From contig OZ246406.1 of assembly GCA_965231045.1 (NCBI GenBank), forward strand, positions 322,208 through 386,207: a DNA stretch of 64,000 nt, in the 5' to 3' direction. The notes beneath the pieces are model-generated. The model did no database searches. It had not been told where the DNA came from and saw only the letters and a program-made list of their open reading frames with translations. Of this stretch, positions 1-8,540 are shown in pieces; the first letter of the stretch is position 1; each line of letters begins with the position of its first letter. This stretch comes from an uncultured Candidatus Saccharibacteria bacterium. GTDB lineage: Bacteria > Patescibacteriota > Saccharimonadia > Saccharimonadales > JAGQNJ01. Both the position numbers and the translations under genes were made by a program.

Positions 1-537
1 CTCGATATTTAGGTACTTTGGAGGTGTTTTCTTTAGATAGCGGGTGTTTTGGGCAAAATCAACAGCCAGAAGCTGAGCTGGGAAGAAATTAAAAATCTTC
101 TTACCCACTGAGTAGGTACCAGCTGCCGACTTGAACACTAGCTGGCCAGTTGTAACGGCTTTTGAGGCAGCGACAGATCGGATCGTGAATGTTGCCCACT
201 CTAGGTGCTTTGAACGTTTAACACCATACTTTTCTTTAACGTCCAACAAATTTCCACCTGTTACAAAGGTCACAAACCGCTCTTTGCCAGTAGTTTTTGG
301 CGGTGTGCATTCTTCTTTTGTAACTGGCCGTAGGACAATATTTTCTAGATTATTTGACAGGACACCTAAGTCTTTATCCGAGGTGATGAAATATCGAACC
401 ACATTGTCCTCAAGTTTTATAATAATCTGGAACTTACCGATGGTACCTGAATATTGTGCGATTGCGGTGTATAGAGCAGTCCAAAGATCCGCGGACAACT
501 GGTCACTTAAGGTATAAAGCTCGAAGTAATATTGCAT
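1..537 (-). CDS. hypothetical protein, N-terminal 179 codons (gene continues past left edge)
   Basis: Absent from the ORF track because no stop lies in the window. The reverse strand is open from ATG at 537 to position 1 (MQYYFELYTLSDQLSADLWTALYTAIAQYSGTIGKFQIIIKLEDNVVRYFITSDKDLG...KYLNIE). No family recognised. Confidence 0.6.
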   Translation of the reverse strand, partial: MQYYFELYTLSDQLSADLWTALYTAIAQYSGTIGKFQIIIKLEDNVVRYFITSDKDLGVLSNNLENIVLRPVTKEECTPPKTTGKERFVTFVTGGNLLDVKEKYGVKRSKHLEWATFTIRSVAASKAVTTGQLVFKSAAGTYSVGKKIFNFFPAQLLAVDFAQNTRYLKKTPPKYLNIE

Positions 538-659
538 AATTTTTATCTACTTAACAGATATTGTACCCCTATACTTAAAGCATAACAAACAAAAGCTTTA
601 CAAATTATTCGCATAAGCGCATTATTATTTATAGAACTTCTTTACAAGAGGAAACAAAC

Positions 660-1730
660 ATGGCTATTGTACATCTCCACAGAGGAGGATTTGAACACCA
701 GGAGCCCGACATGGGCACTCCTGAAGTCGCTCCTGCTTTGCAGCCATTACACCCTCTTGAAACCCGAGAGGGTGTTTTATTACTAGAGCAAAAACCTCTC
801 CCTACTTTTTATGACATTGGTATTGATTTTGTCACGCCAGATAAGCATCGTCCTGATCTTGATACTGATTTTGGCAGATATTTTCAGCGCGACATAACGT
901 TTAGCGATGGGACTAAACGGCATCAATTAGTGGGCGTCCCCAATGAGCCTTCTTCAACGGTGCCAATAGTCAAAAAAGGTGCCTGGTTCACTCGATACGA
1001 CGGTGGCTTCAATATAAAGACCACTGATAAATATCATCGTAATGGTCGGTTTACCCTAACAGAAGGTCACTCACTTAATAGATTTCATAGTCTGTACCGA
1101 AATGGCTGGGATATGCACTTATCGGTCCAGCGTGCGGGTGAAGATTATGCTGATCTGTTACAAACCGAAGTTGTGGATGATGAAGGTGACTCTGACGGTG
1201 CCATGGAAGCCACGGCATTTGAGGCCTACGATCAGTTTTTTGGGACATATACACGTGATGGCTACAAAGTTGATCCAGCGTTAGTGCGCAAAATTGGCAG
1301 AATTGACGTTAAGAAATTCGTAAGACATCCTGAGTATGTATTAAGAGAAATGTACTGTCTTGGCCGCCAAGCTGTACGCTTGGCCCGAGATGAGGAAGAA
1401 AACATCAAAGAATATGTTGAGACTGTAGAATTTTCTAAAGAGTTTGCTCTTAGTAATATTTACCTATTCCGTGGACTATTCTGGGGTGAATTTGGCCATG
1501 TGCTCGCACATCTGCCACCAAGTCAAAGAGGACACTATAGATTATTTGAATTCAGCATTGCCAACCAAAAGCGTGAGTTTAGAAGTGTGTTGAGAGGCTC
1601 GTCTGGTATTGCACGCCAGGGAGTAAGTGAAGAGATAGTACCAGGCACACACCTATCAATTGCTAATCCTCGTACAATTCGTACTAAGGTAGCTTATATG
1701 ACCAGTATTGAAGAACGACTCGCGGCTTAA
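660..1730 (+). CDS. hypothetical protein (356 aa, soluble, His/Arg/Asp-rich)
   Basis: Long ORF with an AGAGGA Shine-Dalgarno 8-13 nt upstream. No motif I can place. Its stop overlaps the stop of the convergent gene (TTAA at 1727-1730). Confidence 0.6.
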   Translation: MAIVHLHRGGFEHQEPDMGTPEVAPALQPLHPLETREGVLLLEQKPLPTFYDIGIDFVTPDKHRPDLDTDFGRYFQRDITFSDGTKRHQLVGVPNEPSSTVPIVKKGAWFTRYDGGFNIKTTDKYHRNGRFTLTEGHSLNRFHSLYRNGWDMHLSVQRAGEDYADLLQTEVVDDEGDSDGAMEATAFEAYDQFFGTYTRDGYKVDPALVRKIGRIDVKKFVRHPEYVLREMYCLGRQAVRLARDEEENIKEYVETVEFSKEFALSNIYLFRGLFWGEFGHVLAHLPPSQRGHYRLFEFSIANQKREFRSVLRGSSGIARQGVSEEIVPGTHLSIANPRTIRTKVAYMTSIEERLAA

Positions 1731-2512
1731 GTCGCACTCACAGGTATAACTAACCCGGAACTAGTATTGTAGGTAAAGAGTGCGCCTGTTTTGTTGTATT
1801 TCACTTGAGACCCTAACCTTACTCGTCTTCCATTCGCAGTTATACGCTGTGCACTATCATCTAAGTCGACATGCCCAGTAATAACCGTTTTTTCGGTAGC
1901 CCGAAATGCATTTGGTGTACGGGCAAGTATGAACGAATAAAGCTGGCCAGGTGTATCATCAAATGAATTACCGCATATTAACCTTTGCCTATAGAGGCCC
2001 AGTTCGTTAAATTGATCAGCTAGCGGCTCCTCTGTTAAACCAGCATGTATAGATATAAAGTCATCACCTTCGTAATATGTCGGTAGGTTAAGCAAGAAGC
2101 TAACGAATCCTTTACTTTCCATTCGCTCGTACAATTCCATAACCCTATCGGTAGCACTTTTGTACTTTGACGGCTCCACATCATAAGAACGCAAAGCAAA
2201 TCCACCAAAAGACATCGCCCGCGTCCATAAGCGAACCATGTCTAGGTATTCGGGCAAAGCATTGCCGAATTTTATCTGCATTGCCGCCTGAATGACTTGT
2301 AGACGCATAGGTTCATGGTTACCAAGCAAGACATTTGGATCGTCGGGGTCATATAAATCCATAACCCGCCTAAAAGTCTCGACTTCATCTCCAGGACCAT
2401 CAATAAAATCACCGTTAATAATCGGCTTACCAGGCAATTTTAAGGCCTCATCAAGCAGGTCAACACGGGTGTGCGGATCGGTAATTACATTGTAACCAGC
2501 TACTTCACTCAT
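1727..2512 (-). CDS. calcineurin-like metallophosphoesterase (ApaH/PrpE-type phosphatase)
   Basis: Motifs INGDFIDGPG (GDxxDRG-type) and LLGNHE (GNHE) in order. 261 aa. Confidence 0.75.
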   Translation of the reverse strand: MSEVAGYNVITDPHTRVDLLDEALKLPGKPIINGDFIDGPGDEVETFRRVMDLYDPDDPNVLLGNHEPMRLQVIQAAMQIKFGNALPEYLDMVRLWTRAMSFGGFALRSYDVEPSKYKSATDRVMELYERMESKGFVSFLLNLPTYYEGDDFISIHAGLTEEPLADQFNELGLYRQRLICGNSFDDTPGQLYSFILARTPNAFRATEKTVITGHVDLDDSAQRITANGRRVRLGSQVKYNKTGALFTYNTSSGLVIPVSAT

Positions 2513-2565
2513 AGCTGAGTAATTCTAATCCTAGTAATGTGCAGTTTCAAGTGAATTTATTTTCA

Positions 2566-4530
2566 CTATTTTATCTTGTTTTTGACCTCGTCTATTAAGT
2601 CGCGTAGTTCAGCAGCTTTTTCAAACTCCAGGTTGGCTGCCGCTAGTTCCATTTGTGACGTAAGATCTCGAATAAGTGGTGCGTATTCCTCGGCCGGGAT
2701 CTTCTTAAGATCAAGCTTTGGCTTGTCTTCTTTTGGTGAGCGAGGCAAGGTATTTTCTTCAATAGCTTTGGCTATGCCTTTAGGCGTTATTCCGTGTTGT
2801 TTGTTGTAGTCCTCTTGGATTTTACGGCGTCGATTCGTTTCATCGATAGCGCGTTTCATGCTCCCCGTTATGTGATCGGCGTACATAATAACGTGTCCTT
2901 CAACGTGGCGAGCAGCACGGCCGATAGTCTGAATTAAAGCCTGCTCGGATCGAAGGAAGCCTTCTTTATCGGCATCAATTATTGCTACCAAACTTACCTC
3001 GGGCAAATCAAGACCTTCCCTAAGCAAGTTAATTCCAACCACAACGTCGTACGTACCAAGCCGTAGATCGCGCAAAATGTCCGTTCGCTCCAGAGTATCA
3101 ATATCACTATGCAGATAAGTAACCTTAATATTTATCTCTTTTAGGTACTCACTCAGATCTTCGGCCATGCGTTTTGTTAGAGTAGTAACAAGCACGCGCT
3201 GACGCTTTTCAACCGTAGCTTTAATTTCGTTCACCAGGTCATCAATCTGATTATTAACTGGCCTGATCTCAATCGGTGGGTCAATCAGCCCCGTCGGACG
3301 AATTACTTGCTCAACAGGCTTAGGGCTACGAGACAACTCATAATCGGCTGGTGTCGCCGAAACATAAACTACTTTGTTAATATGCTGTTCGAACTCGGGG
3401 AAAGTTAGTGGGCGGTTGTCCAATGCGCTCGGCAGCCTAAAACCATGCTCAACTAACACTTCCTTGCGGGCTCGATCGCCGTTATACATGCCCCGCACTT
3501 GTGGCAGTGTCATGTGCGATTCATCAATAAACATCAAGTAGTCATCTGGGAAGTAATCCAATAAGGTGGCTGGTTGTTCACCGGGTTCACGATTGGTTAG
3601 ATATCGGCTATAGTTCTCGATACCTTTTACAAAACCCGTTTCCTCAAGCATTTCCAGATCAAAATTAGTTCGTTGCTCTAGTCGCTGGGCTTCTAGTAAC
3701 TGCCCATTCTTTTTGAAGGTTCTTAGCTGCTCATCAAGTTCGTTTCTAATTTTGCCTAAAGCAAGCTTGAGTTTGTCTTGAGGCGTAACATAGTGACTTC
3801 CCGGGAATATATCAACTTCCTTTGGTGTACTTAGAATTTCGCCGGTTAGTGGATCGATTTTTACAATACGGTCAATTTCATCACCAAAAAATTCAATTCT
3901 ATAGGCCAACTCTTCCCCGGCGGGGAATACATCAACTACATCGCCACGAACTCTAAATGTCGAACGATGAAAGTCGATGTCATTACGTTGGTATTGAATA
4001 TCAGTAAGTTGGCGCAAAAACTTATCACGTACCCGTCGCTCGCCTGTTTTAAGCCGAATCGCGAGCCCATCATAATCTTCAACCGAACCTATACCATAAA
4101 TACAGCTCACGCTCGCTACAATAATCACATCGCGTCGTGACAACAATGAAGCCGTAGCTGCGTGACGCAATCGATCAATTTCTTCGTTAATCTGACTATC
4201 TTTCTCAATATATGTATCTGAGCGCGGAATGTACGCCTCTGGTTGATAGTAATCAAAGTAGCTTACAAAGTAATGCACTGCATTTTCGGGGAAGTATTGT
4301 CGAAACTCATTGTAGAGCTGCGCGGCCAGAGTTTTGTTATGGCTCAAGATCAAGGTTGGCTTTTGTTGATTGGCAATCACATTGGCCATAGTAAACGTCT
4401 TGCCTGACCCTGTTACTCCTAAGAGAGTTTGTTCTCTTGTCCCCTGCTCTAAATTCTTAACCAAAGCCACAATAGCCTTCGGCTGGTCGCCGGTTGGCTT
4501 ATATTTTGAGGATAACTTGAACGAGCTCAT
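2566..4530 (-). CDS. uvrB: excinuclease ABC subunit B
   Basis: Walker [31 protein letters not shown] box, and C-terminal UVR motif [13 protein letters not shown]. 654 aa. Confidence 0.97.
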   Translation of the reverse strand: MSSFKLSSKYKPTGDQPKAIVALVKNLEQGTREQTLLGVTGSGKTFTMANVIANQQKPTLILSHNKTLAAQLYNEFRQYFPENAVHYFVSYFDYYQPEAYIPRSDTYIEKDSQINEEIDRLRHAATASLLSRRDVIIVASVSCIYGIGSVEDYDGLAIRLKTGERRVRDKFLRQLTDIQYQRNDIDFHRSTFRVRGDVVDVFPAGEELAYRIEFFGDEIDRIVKIDPLTGEILSTPKEVDIFPGSHYVTPQDKLKLALGKIRNELDEQLRTFKKNGQLLEAQRLEQRTNFDLEMLEETGFVKGIENYSRYLTNREPGEQPATLLDYFPDDYLMFIDESHMTLPQVRGMYNGDRARKEVLVEHGFRLPSALDNRPLTFPEFEQHINKVVYVSATPADYELSRSPKPVEQVIRPTGLIDPPIEIRPVNNQIDDLVNEIKATVEKRQRVLVTTLTKRMAEDLSEYLKEINIKVTYLHSDIDTLERTDILRDLRLGTYDVVVGINLLREGLDLPEVSLVAIIDADKEGFLRSEQALIQTIGRAARHVEGHVIMYADHITGSMKRAIDETNRRRKIQEDYNKQHGITPKGIAKAIEENTLPRSPKEDKPKLDLKKIPAEEYAPLIRDLTSQMELAAANLEFEKAAELRDLIDEVKNKIK

Positions 4531-4594
4531 GTTGTTGTCTCCGCTAGAATTTGAGAAGTAGATTTACTAGTAAGATAGCAACTTTCTTGCGCCA

Positions 4595-4610
4595 AGGCAT
4601 AGCTATGCCT
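4595..4610. repeat. 16-bp perfect palindrome AGGCATAGCTATGCCT in the 182-bp spacer upstream of uvrB
   Basis: Read directly. The sequence equals its own reverse complement. It is flanked by GTAGATTT (4558-4565) / AAATCTAC (4644-4651) and two ACTAGT copies. Confidence 0.8.
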
Positions 4611-4712
4611 ATGTTGCGAAGCAAAAAGTTGATAGATTGCAGCAAATCTACTCCGTAGACTAGTGAAGATGACAATATGAGCTCGAGTCATCCTTATATT
4701 GTATCAAGAATA

Positions 4713-5279
4713 CTAGAGTGCTTGTATAGTCTTTGCTTCGGCTTTAAAACCGTCCCAAGCAGCCTGTTGCTTAGCTTGAATGCCGGCATCCTGCGAGCAA
4801 TAAGCCTGTGAGCGGCTCATATAGTAAGCATCGTTGCCGATAACAGCACCTGAGGCAGTGGCAAGATCCCCATATGTTTTACCAGATTGTTCGTCAACAT
4901 CAGTCTTTGCGTACTTACCAATAGCCACGACACCCGTTTTGTCAGCGCCACACTCGGCATCTGCTGTCTTGAGTGATGTCGTTGATATATAGGCGTAACC
5001 ATTCTTCATTATGTAGTAGGCGTCTGTAGTACTGTCACCTAGCTCCATCTTTATGCCTAACTCTTTAATCTCCAGGTATTTTTTGGTTACTTCTTTTGGC
5101 TTCTCGGCAGCAGGTTTTTGTTCTTGCTTCGGCTGGCTCTGCTGCTGGCCAGAATCGGTAGGTTTGTTATTGCCTTTTTGCTTCCATACCCACCAACCAA
5201 GTGCAATGAGTATTAGTATTAGAAGTAGTAGGAGTAAAAGCTCCCAAAATCCAAATCCTTTTTCGTTGAGTTTTTCCAT
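4713..5279 (-). CDS. membrane-anchored protein with prepilin-like N-terminus
   Basis: N-terminus MEKLNEKG/FGFWE-LLLLLLLILILIALG has G then E at +5, like type IV prepilin signals. It is followed by a Q/K/P-rich linker and a 110-aa C-terminal domain with two Cys. Confidence 0.55.
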   Translation of the reverse strand: MEKLNEKGFGFWELLLLLLLILILIALGWWVWKQKGNNKPTDSGQQQSQPKQEQKPAAEKPKEVTKKYLEIKELGIKMELGDSTTDAYYIMKNGYAYISTTSLKTADAECGADKTGVVAIGKYAKTDVDEQSGKTYGDLATASGAVIGNDAYYMSRSQAYCSQDAGIQAKQQAAWDGFKAEAKTIQAL

Positions 5280-5281
5280 GT

Positions 5282-5938
5282 TTAATTTACCTTTATCGTC
5301 TTAATTGCTCGCTCAACTTCAATGCTTCGATCAGTTTTACCATTTGTAATAACATTTGTTATTACGTAGGTTACTTGTATATATTTTCCATCCTGCTCAA
5401 AGTAGTAGTTGTATATTTTATCTCCCACATCTAAGCCAGGACCATCGGCCTCCGTAGCAACTTTATAATACTTATGTACATTTAAACCACTGTCTGTTTT
5501 AAAGCTTGATTGTTCGGCACCTTGCTTACTAGGTGCCGAGGCAGGGACATCAAGTGCAAAGAGCATATATCCGCTAATCGGACTATTTGATTGCTCGACT
5601 TTCGCTAGCGTTCCTTTTTTATAATCAATGTTGTTTGAATGTAAGTTATCCCCAGCACTTGTTACCAACCAACCATCTGGTATTCTTATTGAATATTTTT
5701 GGCTTGGTGCCGAATAAAGAAGCCATCCATCTTCTTCCTTGGTAGCTGGCTTTTCAGCAGTCTTTTTCTTTTCGCTCTTTTGGGCATCACCAGCACCTTG
5801 GGATGTATCGTTTAGGGTTTTGTTGGTTTTGCTCTTGGCGTTCCATACATAGTAGCCTACGCCACCAATAGCTAGAACTAGTACTATTATCAGCGCCACC
5901 ATTGTGCCGGCTATACCTTGTTGATTGAGTTTTTTCAT
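5282..5938 (-). CDS. membrane-anchored protein, paralogue of 5948-6631 (degenerate prepilin-like N-terminus)
   Basis: MKKLNQQG/IAGTM... has Met at +5 instead of Glu. It shares GVGYYVWNAKSKTNKTLNDTSQGAGDAQKSEKKKT and a YSIRIPDGW beta-rich domain with the upstream gene. Confidence 0.6.
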   Translation of the reverse strand: MKKLNQQGIAGTMVALIIVLVLAIGGVGYYVWNAKSKTNKTLNDTSQGAGDAQKSEKKKTAEKPATKEEDGWLLYSAPSQKYSIRIPDGWLVTSAGDNLHSNNIDYKKGTLAKVEQSNSPISGYMLFALDVPASAPSKQGAEQSSFKTDSGLNVHKYYKVATEADGPGLDVGDKIYNYYFEQDGKYIQVTYVITNVITNGKTDRSIEVERAIKTIKVN

Positions 5939-5947
5939 GGCTTCTCC

Positions 5948-6631
5948 TTATAGAAATTCAAATGTTGCAATTGCCTTTTCGACATACTGTGTCTGGTCTG
6001 TTTCGCCTGGAGCGATATCATGCACAACGCTAACAGTATAGCTGCCCTTGGAAAATCGGTAATCGTATTCTACGGTGCCCTTTGGTGGACCAATTGCCTC
6101 TGGATCCTTGGGTACTACGTATTTATATTTATCTACGGTAAGTCCGTCTTTTGTCTTAAGTGATAAAGCTTGTTTGTCACCACTTGGGGCGCTGATTTCA
6201 CTCGTTTTCATATAGTTAACAGCAAATGGTACTGAAGAAAAATCACGACCACCCTCAACCTGGGTTACTGTTGCTAAGGTGCCTTTTGCATAAACAATGT
6301 CTTTTGCTGCATTTGCGTATATGCCAGAACTGGCCTGATATCGCTGTAATTTCCAACCATCTGGCATACGTAACTGATATTCCTTACCAGGTGTGGTATA
6401 CAAGTACCAGCTAGCGGTTTCATCAGCTGTAGTAGATTTAGTTGTGGTTTTCTTTTTTTCGCTTTTTTGGGCTTCGCCGGCGCCTTGGGCAGTATCACTT
6501 AGGGTTTTAGTAGTCTTATTCTTAGCTTGCCAGACATAATAGCCTACGCCAGCGACAGCTAAGATCACAAACACAATTAAAACAATCTCAAGCGCAGCGA
6601 CACCGGCCTGATTTAGTTTTTTCATATTCAT
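5948..6631 (-). CDS. membrane-anchored protein with prepilin-like N-terminus, paralogue of 5282-5938
   Basis: MNMKKLNQAG/VAALE-IVLIVFVILAVAG has G then E at +5. This is followed by GVGYYVWQAKNKTTKTLSDTAQGAGEAQKSEKKKT and then a YQLRMPDGW domain. Confidence 0.6.
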   Translation of the reverse strand: MNMKKLNQAGVAALEIVLIVFVILAVAGVGYYVWQAKNKTTKTLSDTAQGAGEAQKSEKKKTTTKSTTADETASWYLYTTPGKEYQLRMPDGWKLQRYQASSGIYANAAKDIVYAKGTLATVTQVEGGRDFSSVPFAVNYMKTSEISAPSGDKQALSLKTKDGLTVDKYKYVVPKDPEAIGPPKGTVEYDYRFSKGSYTVSVVHDIAPGETDQTQYVEKAIATFEFL

Positions 6632-6671
6632 GTACGAGATCCTTTTGTATTAAATTAAACTAATGATACTG

Positions 6672-7286
6672 CTAATGCTTATCTTTATCAAGAAACCAGC
6701 TAGCACGATTGTGCAGATCGATATCACCCAATTGTTGTTTCATAAGATCAATAACCTTAGTGACAAGAACTTTTGGGTCTGAATCAATAATGATCAGGTT
6801 ACGGTGAGGTGGCTCAAGAGCATCTAATAGGCCTGGTATGGCATCAGCCGTGCCTCCACTGCCCAGTAAGATACCGCAAGGCATTCCTGCCTCAACCGCC
6901 GTAGTAAACTCATGAAGGCTCCCAAAACGCCCACCAACGGTAATAATGGCATCGCTGGACTGCACTAGATGAATGTCGCGGCCAACATAATGCATACCCG
7001 TGAAATTAATAAAATCATACACCCCAACTGGTAGCCGATACTTATTTAGATGTTCTCTAAGGCTAGCGGCCGGTGAAAAACCAATACTCATACCACCAGC
7101 CTTATAAGCTGACCTTGCGGCATAATAAGGTAGCCCGATGGTTGCACCGGTCGTGATGATATTACCTGATTTGGCAATTTCTCGGCCAACTTCTTCGGCA
7201 TATTTACGGGCTGTTTCAACCGTCTTACCACCAGCCGCCCCAGAAAAACAGATAGAATACTTCACGTTAGATATCCTCTGGTGCAA
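6672..7286 (-). CDS. LOG / TIGR00725-like Rossmann-fold protein (SLOG superfamily)
   Basis: ICFSGAAGG, GNIITTGATIGLPYYAA, GGMSIGFSP and VGGRFGSLHEF resemble the LOG pattern (GGxGTxxE with one extra residue). It overlaps the upstream gene by 20 nt. Confidence 0.6.
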   Translation of the reverse strand: MHQRISNVKYSICFSGAAGGKTVETARKYAEEVGREIAKSGNIITTGATIGLPYYAARSAYKAGGMSIGFSPAASLREHLNKYRLPVGVYDFINFTGMHYVGRDIHLVQSSDAIITVGGRFGSLHEFTTAVEAGMPCGILLGSGGTADAIPGLLDALEPPHRNLIIIDSDPKVLVTKVIDLMKQQLGDIDLHNRASWFLDKDKH

Positions 7287-8511
7287 TCATATTGTTATTG
7301 AGTTGCTTTAATACCTGTTGTTCCAGCGTCTTTTGACCCATATAACGCTCGAAAATCTCAGTCCATAAACTTTCACGAAAATGATAGATTGCTCTGTCTT
7401 TATAAGGCAACTTATTAACATAGCTGGCAGCCACATCAAGCACATTAAAGGTTATTGGCCGGCCGGCGTGCATTGTTGCCACGTAATCCAGATCTTGCCA
7501 GAATGACAATTCAGGATCGAGCTCATAGAGCATAGTCTCTGCTCGACGCCAGTGTAAATCCTCAGGCTGAACATGTGGTTCGAAAATTTCTGGATGATAT
7601 TCATTATCGAGTTTGCCGAAATAACGTTGGATAACACGCCAGTGAATGTTCTGGCCAGCCATAACTGCGCCTTGTGGTGGATCGGCAATGAGAGTTGTTA
7701 CTAGGATTTCACCAAAGTTAGGCTTTACTTGCTGTAGCTTGAAAAACGCTGAGTACAGTCTAATTTCATTTAGATAATGAAACAATAACGGCAAAGCAAA
7801 AATAGTAATTCCTCTTAAGGATCCGGTGATTGGGAGCATTAAAATAACGCCTAGCTCTTTAAGGTGAGTTATATTGTGTTTTTTCTTATGAATGAACGGC
7901 GCCGCAATATCACCCCAGCGATCGGCCGGCATCATAACAATTTCAATCTGACGAGTTTCAAAATCACTAGGTTTAAGCTTCTTGTAAGTTTCGTCAAAAG
8001 CATTCAGCCACTTGGGATCTTCAGCGAACCTTAACGCACCGTATATCTCAGCTAGGTTCTCATTCTTGAGCATGGAATCGATCGATCGATAATGCAGATG
8101 CTTCATGATGTTTTTGGGCGGCATGTTCTTAAGTATCTTTTTGGCCACACTCTTTTTGAGTACCCATGCAGATTTCGGCGTCTTAAAATCATCCCAAGCC
8201 TTTTTCATGAGTGGCATCAGACTTGCAGCATCATTAGGATCAGTGCCGCCAATCTGTTTTACTAAATGCTCGTCATTTTGCTCGATCTTGTTTAGAAGAG
8301 CAAAGTAAAGCTCTTTGCCAGTTGTATCATCTGGGTCTAAGCCGAGTTCTTGGGTTTTAAGTCGTACTTTTCCGATAATTTCAGAGGTCAATCGAACGTC
8401 AACACTAGGATTGCCACTGGCCTTTTCTAGCTGTTTTAAAGCTAACGAAAACATAGGTTCAGTAGCGCCCAAAAGTTCTGAAAGCATTTTGCTCATAGTT
8501 AACATAAGCAT
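7267..8511 (-). CDS. hypothetical protein (414 aa)
   Basis: Long ORF in operon context with no recognisable motif. The start is ambiguous (Met codons at 8511, 8505, 8496, 8487; no clear SD). Confidence 0.6.
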   Translation of the reverse strand: MLMLTMSKMLSELLGATEPMFSLALKQLEKASGNPSVDVRLTSEIIGKVRLKTQELGLDPDDTTGKELYFALLNKIEQNDEHLVKQIGGTDPNDAASLMPLMKKAWDDFKTPKSAWVLKKSVAKKILKNMPPKNIMKHLHYRSIDSMLKNENLAEIYGALRFAEDPKWLNAFDETYKKLKPSDFETRQIEIVMMPADRWGDIAAPFIHKKKHNITHLKELGVILMLPITGSLRGITIFALPLLFHYLNEIRLYSAFFKLQQVKPNFGEILVTTLIADPPQGAVMAGQNIHWRVIQRYFGKLDNEYHPEIFEPHVQPEDLHWRRAETMLYELDPELSFWQDLDYVATMHAGRPITFNVLDVAASYVNKLPYKDRAIYHFRESLWTEIFERYMGQKTLEQQVLKQLNNNMIAPEDI

Positions 8512-8540
8512 AACACTTCGAGAACTGTTCAGTAAAGAAT

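Noticed and set aside
131-517. 128-aa + strand ORF in the track
   Set aside because: It lies entirely antisense to a longer open frame on the minus strand (ATG at 537, open to position 1). The minus-strand product looks protein-like, whereas the + product is S/T/R/V-rich shadow sequence with no start signals.
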